A stretch of DNA of 64,000 nucleotides, from positions 10,474 to 74,473 of the forward strand of contig JAKJDF010000007.1 in assembly GCA_022706085.1 (NCBI GenBank), read 5' to 3'. This document shows, in pieces, positions 28,675 to 36,389 of this stretch; the stretch's first letter is position 1; each line of letters opens with the position of its first letter. Below the pieces are notes generated by a model. That model had not been told where the DNA came from. It saw only the letters and a list, made by a program, of their open reading frames with translations, and ran no database searches. A program made the translations under genes and the position numbers. This DNA comes from Candidatus Latescibacterota bacterium (GTDB taxonomy: Bacteria; Latescibacterota; MWCZ01).

Positions 28675-29210
28675 TCGGCTTCATGGGCGCCGGTAAGACG
28701 AAGGTGGGGAAAATCGCCGCGCAGTATATCGGGTGCGATTTCGTGGACACTGACCACATCGTGGAGCGCTCCGCCGGCAAGTCTATCTCCGAGTTGTTCG
28801 CGGAGGTCGGGGAGGAGCGGTTTCGCGAGCTTGAAACGGAGGCCATCGAGTGGGCGCTGAACACGCGCGGCGGCATTATCGCGCTGGGCGGCGGCGCCGC
28901 AACGCGTGAGGAGAACTGGCAGTTGCTGCGCAGGTCAGGAGCGATGACGATCTACCTGCAGGCGTCGCCGAGAACACTGCTCGCACGGGTTGCGGACAAG
29001 GGTACGCGGCCGCTTCTGGCCGGCCTCGACCGCCCGCAGATGCTGGAAAAGATCACGTCCCTTCTGGAACAGCGCGAACCGTGGTACCTCCGGGCAGACA
29101 TTACCCTTGCCACCGATAACTCGCTTGACAAGTATGGCATGGCGGATGCACTGGTCGCGCGCCTCAAAGAAGCCGGCATCAGCGCGGCTGAATTGCACCG
29201 GACGTCATGA
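28611..29210 (+). CDS. aroK: shikimate kinase
   Basis: P-loop VVLIGFMGAGKTKVGK, core length about 170 aa plus short N-terminal extension. Confidence 0.8.
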   Translation: MLPTEEAGAPQSARLTRPVVLIGFMGAGKTKVGKIAAQYIGCDFVDTDHIVERSAGKSISELFAEVGEERFRELETEAIEWALNTRGGIIALGGGAATREENWQLLRRSGAMTIYLQASPRTLLARVADKGTRPLLAGLDRPQMLEKITSLLEQREPWYLRADITLATDNSLDKYGMADALVARLKEAGISAAELHRTS

Positions 29211-30034
29211 ACGGGCGGCACAGAACCACACTGTGGCGGGAACATGTTGCGCTCTGGCGAGACGCCTGGCGGCGGGTGGTATCACACCGCCGGCAGGTCG
29301 TGCTGATCACTTTGTTGCTGTGGGTGCCGTGGCGGTTTGTGGTTCCTCTGGTTGATCGCCAGCTCGGTTTCGGGGCATTCGCCGGATTTCCGCTGGAATG
29401 GATTGCCGACGCACTATATGACCCGCTGTACGGGGCCACCATCCTTGCGGTGCTGGCAGAGATGTACCCGATTTCCGTTCGGAGCGCCCTCCTGAGGGGT
29501 TTCTGGCTCGTTCCCCGTCTGTGGCTGATCGAGATCAAAGTAGCGATCTGGGGGCTGGCCGTGCCCTACCTGATCCTCCATCTCGGGGCGGCGACCGTGT
29601 TGACTCTGTGGCCGAGCTACGGGGCCGCCCGCGCGCTCTTCGCGGTGACGATCGTCAGCATGGCATGGGTGCTGATTGTGGTGGTTCGGTACATGCTGGC
29701 AGCCGCGGTGATGGTTGCGGAAACGCAGGGGCACACCTGGAACGGGGAGCAGGCGCCTTCCACCGGGTGGGCGCTTTCGGCGGCGCGGCAGTTGATCCAG
29801 GGGAACGCAGGGCAAGCGGTTCTCGTGATGGCCGTGGGGCAGGGAGTTATCTCGCTCATCGTGTCGCTCCTTCCTTCGGGCGATACCGTGCCGGCGCAGG
29901 TTCTAAACGCGGCGGGCATGGTGGTTACGGCGCTCTGGTGGGCGCTTTTGTGGAGCTTTTGCCAGCTCTGTCTCAACAGGGCGCGCGGGGTGACCGCACA
30001 GGAGGCAACGCATGGACGTCAGAAAGCTCGTTGA
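29207..30034 (+). CDS. hypothetical integral membrane protein
   Basis: 275 aa, multiple hydrophobic helices (VVLITLLLWVPW, IWGLAVPYLILHLGAATVL, VTALWWALLWSF); ATGA overlap with aroK stop. Confidence 0.5.
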   Translation: MNGRHRTTLWREHVALWRDAWRRVVSHRRQVVLITLLLWVPWRFVVPLVDRQLGFGAFAGFPLEWIADALYDPLYGATILAVLAEMYPISVRSALLRGFWLVPRLWLIEIKVAIWGLAVPYLILHLGAATVLTLWPSYGAARALFAVTIVSMAWVLIVVVRYMLAAAVMVAETQGHTWNGEQAPSTGWALSAARQLIQGNAGQAVLVMAVGQGVISLIVSLLPSGDTVPAQVLNAAGMVVTALWWALLWSFCQLCLNRARGVTAQEATHGRQKAR

Positions 30035-30377
30035 TCATCTCGACCGCAGCCGCATGGTGCTGTGCCACAGTGGGACGATCTATTCGCAGGCGTTGTTCGG
30101 TGAGTTACGCCCGGATGAGGTGTGCCCGGGCGTGTTCGCCTATGCGCCGGGATGGGGCGTGCTGGACCCGGGGATGACCATGGAGGCGCACGAACATCCG
30201 GTCGCTGAGTTTTACGTGTTCGCGAGCGGAAAGGGACGGATGCGGCTGGGCGACACGTGGTTCGATGTCGAGCCGAATATGTCCGTGAATATCCCACCCG
30301 GGGTGGAACATGAGCTGGCGAATGATGCCGCGTCGCCTCTCCCACTCGTGTTTGTTTCGGTCGGCCTGAGGATCTGA
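30012..30377 (+). CDS. cupin domain protein
   Basis: 121 aa, metal-binding-like HEHPVAEFYVF...G...NIPPGVEHE two-motif cupin pattern. Confidence 0.6.
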   Translation: MDVRKLVDHLDRSRMVLCHSGTIYSQALFGELRPDEVCPGVFAYAPGWGVLDPGMTMEAHEHPVAEFYVFASGKGRMRLGDTWFDVEPNMSVNIPPGVEHELANDAASPLPLVFVSVGLRI

Positions 30378-30434
30378 CGCTCGCGCCGGCTCCTTCCGGA
30401 ATGAGTCTGCGTTCCTGATTCCGCCCTTCGTCTC

Positions 30435-30463
30435 TTGACAATTCAGCCTGCTTGGAGTATCCT
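30435..30463 (+). promoter_or_regulatory. sigma70-type promoter candidate for the DUF134 operon
   Basis: TTGACA (30435-30440), 17-bp spacer, TATCCT (30458-30463), about 40 bp upstream of the DUF134 start. Confidence 0.4.
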
Positions 30464-30465
30464 CA

Positions 30466-30485
30466 TTATGAACATATGCTCATAA
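30466..30485. promoter_or_regulatory. 20-bp palindromic operator candidate
   Basis: TTATGAACATATGCTCATAA, 18/20 positions self-complementary around CATATG, immediately downstream of the -10 element and upstream of the CAGGAG ribosome-binding site. Confidence 0.35.
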
Positions 30486-30503
30486 CTCAGGAGACCACAC
30501 TGT

Positions 30504-30932
30504 ATGCCAAGACCACGGAATCCCCGGCAGGTGCGATGTATGCCGTGCACGGATTACTTCAAACCGCGGGGCATCCCGCTGCGGGCGCTGGAAGAGGTGA
30601 CGCTGGCGGTGGAAGAACTGGAAGCGTTGCGGCTGGCTGATCTGGAAGGGATGGAGCAGATGGCGGGCGCGGAGCAGATGGAGGTATCGCGCCCCACGTT
30701 TGCACGGGTGCTCGCCTCCGCGCGGAAGAAGGTGGCGGATGCGCTGGTGAACGGGAAAGCGCTCCGGATTGAAGGCGGGGTGTTCCGGATGGCGGAGGGC
30801 GTCCCGTTCTGGGGACGGCACGGACACGGGTGGGGACGGGGCCGCGGCGGAGGATGCGGGCGGCGATTCCGGGGAGGACGTGAGTTTGGCCGGGGCGAGA
30901 CGCCCCCTGAACCGATGCCTGATTCCGAATAA
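30504..30932 (+). CDS. DUF134 (UPF0251) family predicted DNA-binding protein with Gly/Arg-rich C-terminal tail
   Basis: MPRPRNPRQVRCMPCTDYFKPRGIPLRALEEVTLAVEELEALRLADLEGMEQ...VSRPTFARVLASARKKVADALVNGKALRIEGG matches the DUF134 signature; tail GHGWGRGRGGGCGRRFRGGREFGRG. Confidence 0.8.
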   Translation: MPRPRNPRQVRCMPCTDYFKPRGIPLRALEEVTLAVEELEALRLADLEGMEQMAGAEQMEVSRPTFARVLASARKKVADALVNGKALRIEGGVFRMAEGVPFWGRHGHGWGRGRGGGCGRRFRGGREFGRGETPPEPMPDSE

Positions 30933-30945
30933 GAGGTAACAGCGA

Positions 30946-31302
30946 ATGTATACGATCAATTATGATCTTTGCACACGATGCTTTGCCTGCGTGAAAGCCT
31001 GCAAGAGACCGGGGGCACTGGAAATCCGAGAGGGAAAACCGAAGATCAATTTCGTGTTGTGCACCGAGTGCGGCCTGTGCGCGGAAGCGTGTCAGCACGG
31101 GGCGATAACGAAATGGGAGGCACGCGAGGAGGATGCCCAACCGCCGGAGGTCCCGGTTGCGAGTTCGCCGCCGCCTGTTTCCGCTCCCGCTGGGAATCCG
31201 CTTTCCCGGGGGTTTGCGCGATGCGGGGCATGGATCCGTTCGGCATGTGGGCGGCGGGGCGCACCTCGAGGTTACCGGAGGGGTGGACGCTGGAGGGTTT
31301 GA
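30946..31302 (+). CDS. 2x[4Fe-4S] ferredoxin
   Basis: Two Cx2Cx2Cx3C motifs (CTRCFACVKAC, CTECGLCAEAC) in the first 55 aa; low-complexity C-terminal extension. Confidence 0.75.
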   Translation: MYTINYDLCTRCFACVKACKRPGALEIREGKPKINFVLCTECGLCAEACQHGAITKWEAREEDAQPPEVPVASSPPPVSAPAGNPLSRGFARCGAWIRSACGRRGAPRGYRRGGRWRV

Positions 31303-31353
31303 TATCCGAGGAGTGTTCTGGTTGGAAACTATTCACAGAAAGGGAAGGACGCC

Positions 31354-31710
31354 ATGAAGATCGCGGTTCCAGTAGACACGAACGAGGGCCTCAGAAGTAT
31401 CGTTGCCGGCCATTTCGGGCATGCACCGCACTATGCGTTCGTCGATGGAAAGACGAAGCAATGCGCCGTTGTTCCAAACGCGAGTTCGCACAATGGCGGG
31501 GACAAGCTGCCCCCGGAATGGTTGTTTGATGAAGGCGTGAATGTCCTCATCTGCAACGGGCTGGGCGCGCGTGCCATCGGCCTGTGCACACAACTGGGAA
31601 TCGAGGTCTATATCACGGAGGAGCAAACAGTGGCGGAGTCCATTGGCGCGTTTGAAGCGGGAATGCTGCCCAGGGCGGGTTCCGATGATGCGTGCGCTCA
31701 CAAGCATTAG
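31354..31710 (+). CDS. NifX/NafY-like protein (dinitrogenase FeMo-cofactor biosynthesis domain family)
   Basis: MKIAVPVDTNEGLRSIVAGHFGHAPHYAFVD...VNVLICNGLGARAIGLCTQLGIEVY, typical of this domain; AAGGGAAGGA ribosome-binding site. Confidence 0.75.
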   Translation: MKIAVPVDTNEGLRSIVAGHFGHAPHYAFVDGKTKQCAVVPNASSHNGGDKLPPEWLFDEGVNVLICNGLGARAIGLCTQLGIEVYITEEQTVAESIGAFEAGMLPRAGSDDACAHKH

Positions 31711-31739
31711 ATTCCACAACACGACGAAAGGTGAGACCG

Positions 31740-32270
31740 ATGAAGATCGCAGTAAGCAGTTCCGGTCAGGAGCTCGACTCGCCGGTAGATCCGCGATTCG
31801 GACGATGCACTCATTTCGTAATCGTGGACTCCGACACTGACGACTACGACGCCATTGAAAATGCAGCAAGTGAAGCGGGAAGTGGCGCGGGAATCGCGGC
31901 GGCAAGCGCACTGGCGAAGGCGGGCGCGGAGGTTGTTTTGACGGGGAACCTCGGGCCCAATGCCGCGCGCACTCTCTCCACGCTCGGCATCAAGGCGTAC
32001 CGCGCAGAGGGCGACACGGTGGGAGAATCGGTGACCGCTTTCATTGATGGGCAACGGTTCGAAATCACGTCGCCGACTGTCACCGCGAAATCGGGCCTGA
32101 ATCCGCCTGCCGCGGTATTCCCCTCTCGTCCGTTGGGCGGCAGCACTGGCGGAGGAATGGGACGCGGTATGGGCGGCGGCGGAGGTATCGGCGGGGGTGG
32201 CGGCAGAGGCGCCGGTGGAGACCGTGGTGCTGGCGGCGGCAGAGGGGCCGGTGGCGGACGCGGAAGATGA
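31740..32270 (+). CDS. NifX/NafY-like protein with Gly/Arg-rich C-terminal tail
   Basis: MKIAVSSSGQELDSPVDPRFGRCTHFVIVD...AEVVLTGNLGPNAARTLSTLGIKAY, then tail GGGMGRGMGGGGGIGGGGGRGAGGDRGAGGGRGAGGGRGR; AAAGGTGAG ribosome-binding site. Confidence 0.7.
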   Translation: MKIAVSSSGQELDSPVDPRFGRCTHFVIVDSDTDDYDAIENAASEAGSGAGIAAASALAKAGAEVVLTGNLGPNAARTLSTLGIKAYRAEGDTVGESVTAFIDGQRFEITSPTVTAKSGLNPPAAVFPSRPLGGSTGGGMGRGMGGGGGIGGGGGRGAGGDRGAGGGRGAGGGRGR

Positions 32271-33121
32271 TAGTAAGCGTTGCAAGCGGGAAAGGCGGAA
32301 CCGGCAAGACCACGGTTGCGGTTGCGCTGGCGCAGGTAGCTCCGAACAGCGCCTACGTGGATTGCGACACCGAAGCGCCTAACGGGCACCTGTTTTTGCG
32401 CCCGAATATTTCACACCGCAAACCGGTCAATCGCAAAGTAGCCTCGATCAATGTGAACATGTGCACGTGGTGCGGTGAATGCATGGAAAAATGCGCCTAC
32501 CACGCGATCGTGATCGCACACGCGACGAAGAAGGCCGTCGTATTCGAGGACCTGTGCATGGGATGCGGCGTCTGTTCACTCGTGTGCCCGGCTCGCGCGA
32601 TTACAGAGGAAGACCGGCACGCGGGAATCGTTTCGAACGGCCACAGTGGCAGGATTCGCACGCGGGAGGGCCGAATGGCGGTTGAGGCTCCTCACGCGCA
32701 CCCTGTGCTGAATGAGACGTTGAAGGAGCTTCCCGATGCGCCTCACACGATTCTCGACGCGGAGCCGGGTGTCACGGGGCGTGTAGTAACAACGGTGAGG
32801 GCAAGCGATGTGTGTGTTCTAGTCACTGAGCCAACACCGTTCGGGCTGCACGATCTGGAGCTGGCCGTGACGATGACGCAGCATGTCGGGGTTCCGGTCG
32901 GCGTCATCATCAATCGTTCAACGATAGGCGACAACGCCGTGCGCGACTTTTGTCGGGTTCGGACCATACCCGTTCTGCTGGAGATTCCGTTTGACCGACG
33001 CATTGCAGCGGGGTACGCGGTGGGAAAGACGCTTGTTGAGATTCTGCCGGACATGAAAAGCCAATTTGCGGAGGTTCTCAGGCATATCGAGCGGATCGTC
33101 ACTGAGAGGGGGCGATCATGA
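32267..33121 (+). CDS. MinD/ParA-type P-loop ATPase with embedded 4Fe-4S ferredoxin domain
   Basis: Deviant Walker A SGKGGTGKTT; ferredoxin insert CTWCGECMEKC...CMGCGVCSLVCP; ATGA overlap with upstream gene. Confidence 0.8.
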   Translation: MIVSVASGKGGTGKTTVAVALAQVAPNSAYVDCDTEAPNGHLFLRPNISHRKPVNRKVASINVNMCTWCGECMEKCAYHAIVIAHATKKAVVFEDLCMGCGVCSLVCPARAITEEDRHAGIVSNGHSGRIRTREGRMAVEAPHAHPVLNETLKELPDAPHTILDAEPGVTGRVVTTVRASDVCVLVTEPTPFGLHDLELAVTMTQHVGVPVGVIINRSTIGDNAVRDFCRVRTIPVLLEIPFDRRIAAGYAVGKTLVEILPDMKSQFAEVLRHIERIVTERGRS

Positions 33122-34035
33122 CTCCGCAGATTACGGTGGTAAGCGGGAAAGGCGGTACCGGAAAGACAACGCTTACTGCTCTGTGGGGCAGCATGGCAGA
33201 CAGGCCGGTGCTTGTAGACGCGGATGTGGACGCGTCGAACCTTCCGCTGGCGTACCCCCACGAGACGCGGGAGCAGCATCCGTTCGTTGGACGGGATGTG
33301 GCCGTAGTGAACGAGCCGTTGTGCAAGAATTGCGGTGTGTGCGCGAGGGCGTGCAGGTTTGATGCGTTTGTGCAGGTTGAAGGCCAGTTCCGGGTGGACC
33401 CGCTTGCGTGCGAAGGATGCACGCTGTGCACGCTGGTGTGCCCGCTCGATGCGATCACCATGAAACCGCACGTCTCCGGAACGTGGTCTGTGAGCGAAAC
33501 CGGGTTCGGACCTCTCGTCCATGCTCAACTGGGAATTGCGGAGGGGAATTCCGGCAAACTGGTGACGCAGGTGCGCCGGGCGGGGGAGAAGCTGGCAGAG
33601 GAGCGGGTGGCGGCAGTGATTCTGGTTGACGGCCCTCCGGGGATCGGCTGCCAGACAACGGCGGCGATGGCGGGAGCCTCTCTGGTGGTGCTGGTAACTG
33701 AACCGTCGGCGTCAGGGCGGCACGACATGGAGCGGTTGCTTTCGGTAACGAATCGGCTGGGTGTTCCGGCGCTTGTTGTTCTCAACAAGGTTGACCTTGC
33801 ACCCGCTGAAGAGGCGTTGATTCGGAACGCGGTATCGCGCATGGGCGCGGAGTATGCGGAGTATATAGGGTCCGTCCCGTTCATTCAGGAGGTCCCCGGG
33901 CTGCTTGCTTCGGGAACCCTGCTCAGCGAGTGCCCGCGCCCGCTGAGGGAAGCGGCGGAAGGACTGTGGAAGGTAATTCTGGAACGCGCACTGGTGGCGG
34001 AGCGCGTCCAGCAGGGAGAACCTGCGCACGGATAA
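33118..34035 (+). CDS. MinD/ParA-type P-loop ATPase with embedded 4Fe-4S ferredoxin domain (paralogue)
   Basis: SGKGGTGKTT; CKNCGVCARAC...CEGCTLCTLVCP; ATGA overlap with upstream paralogue. Confidence 0.8.
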   Translation: MTPQITVVSGKGGTGKTTLTALWGSMADRPVLVDADVDASNLPLAYPHETREQHPFVGRDVAVVNEPLCKNCGVCARACRFDAFVQVEGQFRVDPLACEGCTLCTLVCPLDAITMKPHVSGTWSVSETGFGPLVHAQLGIAEGNSGKLVTQVRRAGEKLAEERVAAVILVDGPPGIGCQTTAAMAGASLVVLVTEPSASGRHDMERLLSVTNRLGVPALVVLNKVDLAPAEEALIRNAVSRMGAEYAEYIGSVPFIQEVPGLLASGTLLSECPRPLREAAEGLWKVILERALVAERVQQGEPAHG

Positions 34036-34061
34036 CGCACCGGAAAGGATGGGTAAGGAAA

Positions 34062-34247
34062 ATGCCTCTGGGTGACGGAAAGGGGCCCCCGGAAGGGACT
34101 GGCCCGATGACGGGGAGGAAGCGCCTCGCGGCAAGCTGCCCATCGAAGAAACCTGAAAAAGCAAGCGGGTGGTCTCTTCTAGGACTTATCGTTGTGGCGT
34201 TACTCGCGCTTGGGGTGTGGTTTGTCTCGCACAACACAGACGATTGA
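34062..34247 (+). CDS. small membrane-anchored protein with DUF5320-like N-terminus (61 aa), tentative
   Basis: AAGGAAA ribosome-binding site then ATG; MPLGDGKGPPEGTGPMTGRK shares the GxGPMTGR motif with the downstream DUF5320-like protein; C-terminal TM helix LLGLIVVALLALGVWFV. Confidence 0.4.
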   Translation: MPLGDGKGPPEGTGPMTGRKRLAASCPSKKPEKASGWSLLGLIVVALLALGVWFVSHNTDD

Positions 34248-34593
34248 GATTGCACCACGAGAAGGAGATCCACATGCCAGGAGTACGGGGAATGAGGCCG
34301 ATGGGAAGGCGGTGTACTGCGCTTGGTCCCGGTCGGGGCGGATACGCGGTGCGGCCGACCTCCTTTGCGGGGGGATATCGCCTCATTCGTTGCGGCCGAG
34401 GATGCCGTGGGCGGGGGTTCCGCGAGCGGTGGTCCCATCGAGCCTTTTTTGCGCCCGGATTTGCGTGGAGACAGCCCTTCGCAGCGCCTGTTGGCGCGCC
34501 GTGGAGGGTTTAGTTCATAATCGCGCCCAGGGTGATGGTCAGCATCATAAGGGCGCATGTATATCAACACACTTGCGATAAGGAGGCAGAACA

Positions 34594-34920
34594 ATGCCAG
34601 CAGGAGATGGCACTGGTCCCATGGGAATGGGACCGATGACGGGTCGGCGCGCGGGATTTTGCGCCGGATTCGGCGTTCCGGGATACATGAACCCGGGAGC
34701 GGGTTTCTGGTGCGGCGGTGGCCGCGGGCGGGGATTCCGCAATCGGTACTGGGCAACAGGAATACCCGGATGGGCGTGGTGGCAGGGCGTTCCGGGAACC
34801 GTCCCCGCGCCGATGACCGAAGAGGCCGAAGCGGAAGCACTGCGTCAGCAGGCGGCGGCTCTCCAGCGGTCGCTGGATGCGATCAACCAGAGGCTTGCGA
34901 GCCTGACCTCAGAGAAATAG
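34594..34920 (+). CDS. DUF5320-like small protein (108 aa)
   Basis: MPAGDGTGPMGMGPMTGRRAGFCAGFG..., Gly/Arg/Trp-rich middle, C-terminal coiled coil (EAEAEALRQQAAALQRSLDAINQRLASL); GGAGG ribosome-binding site. Confidence 0.55.
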   Translation: MPAGDGTGPMGMGPMTGRRAGFCAGFGVPGYMNPGAGFWCGGGRGRGFRNRYWATGIPGWAWWQGVPGTVPAPMTEEAEAEALRQQAAALQRSLDAINQRLASLTSEK

Positions 34921-35011
34921 GCTTCCGGAAAAGTCCGCCTGTGCGGAGCCGGGATGCTCCCAAGGGGCAGGACAGCGGGGGAGTCCGCAAGGACTCTCCC
35001 GCTGTGTGCGC

Positions 35012-36142
35012 TTACGCCGGCCAGTGATCCCAGAATCTTTTCCTGCCACGTTCGCTGACGTAACCGGCGAGAGCTCTTCGGGGGCATCCCTCATCGAGGA
35101 GACGCTTCACTTCTTTCGCCGCGCGAATGAACGCGTGGATTTTCGGGATGTTCTCCCCATTGCATGAATTTGCTTCCAGAATCGTGAATACTCTGGAGGC
35201 CCCGTCCGCAGCCGACTGAAAGACGAAATCCTCCACGTCCTGCGCGTCCAGCACCGTTAGATGGATTCCCCCGAGGCGCCAGCCAAAGGGTACGCGGCAC
35301 TCGTCCGCGATGATACGGGGGTTCAGGTGGTGGGAGATGGACGGGTCGTAGTAAGACAGCCCGATCTGTTCCAGGAAGGGCAGGTGAGCAGGTTTCAGGT
35401 CTTCCACGTGCGCATGAACATCACCCGTGGTGCGGCGGCGGAAGAGATCGCTCCAGAACGGGACGACGAATTCATTCCAGAGCCGTGGGGGAATCATTGC
35501 GGCGATGTCGTCGCACAGGCTTGCGCCGCTTTCGTTGAACACCGTTGCGCCGGTAACGCCGAGGCGGAACTGCTCGAACGCGAGGATACTGTCGTTGATC
35601 CGGCCCAGGAGCTCCTTTGTTTTCGCCGGTTCCTCCATCACGTCGACGAAAAAGGCATCGCCCCGCAATTCGTAGGCTGTGGTGCAGGGACCTTCCACTC
35701 CGAAGGAGAAGCCGACCGATTCGCCGGGAAACGCCCGCATCATCTGTTCGCGGAAGTCCAGATAGAACGGGGCCATCCCTCTGCTGGCGAAATCGACCGG
35801 CCGCGCGAGAGCTTCCATCGCTTCCGCCATCGAGTGCGCGAAGCAGTGCTCGACCGCGACCTCGCCTCCTTCGGGGAAAAACAATCTCGCGCCCAGGGCG
35901 CTGGCGTGGCCGTAACTTACTGGCGGCGTGGCGGGAGAGGGCAAGGAAACGTCGTGCGGGTCGAACAGCTGCCTTTGCTTTTCCCGTCCGACGCGATACG
36001 CCTCGATACAGGCTTCTGGTTTGAGAAAGAAATCGCGGAACGGTACCCCGGACAGCGCAAGGCAGGAGAGATAGCTACCTGACACGCTCCATGAGAACTC
36101 CTTCGGATTGCGCGCGGATGTGTAGTCGGGTTTGCGGTACAT
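35012..36142 (-). CDS. uroporphyrinogen decarboxylase (URO-D) family protein
   Basis: Start MYRKPDYTSARNPKEF preceded by AGGAGG; about 376 aa; third URO-D-like paralogue in the window. Confidence 0.7.
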   Translation of the reverse strand: MYRKPDYTSARNPKEFSWSVSGSYLSCLALSGVPFRDFFLKPEACIEAYRVGREKQRQLFDPHDVSLPSPATPPVSYGHASALGARLFFPEGGEVAVEHCFAHSMAEAMEALARPVDFASRGMAPFYLDFREQMMRAFPGESVGFSFGVEGPCTTAYELRGDAFFVDVMEEPAKTKELLGRINDSILAFEQFRLGVTGATVFNESGASLCDDIAAMIPPRLWNEFVVPFWSDLFRRRTTGDVHAHVEDLKPAHLPFLEQIGLSYYDPSISHHLNPRIIADECRVPFGWRLGGIHLTVLDAQDVEDFVFQSAADGASRVFTILEANSCNGENIPKIHAFIRAAKEVKRLLDEGCPRRALAGYVSERGRKRFWDHWPA

Positions 36143-36389
36143 GATGGCCTCCTGATACCAATGAATCGGGAAAAGTGCCCACGGGAGCAAGCTGGCGCCT
36201 GAACGGAGTGTCACGAGGGAACTTGGTGCCGGGGCCGCGTCGCGCTATTGTACTTGACGAATCCGGGAAACTGCTATCCCGGTGTCAGTGACTGTGTTCC
36301 CACAGGTTGCGTCCTCCTGAATGCCCTCATGCAGGGCGGCGAGCGTCTTCCTCAGGGTGTTTTTCGACTCCACGGAAAGGAATCCGAGC

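Noticed and set aside
31707-32389. Minus-strand ORFs of 192 and 181 aa with Ala/Pro-rich translations
   Set aside because: Antisense to the NifX-like gene and its Gly/Arg-rich tail; the Pro-rich product is the complement of GGN/CGN repeats, not an independent gene.
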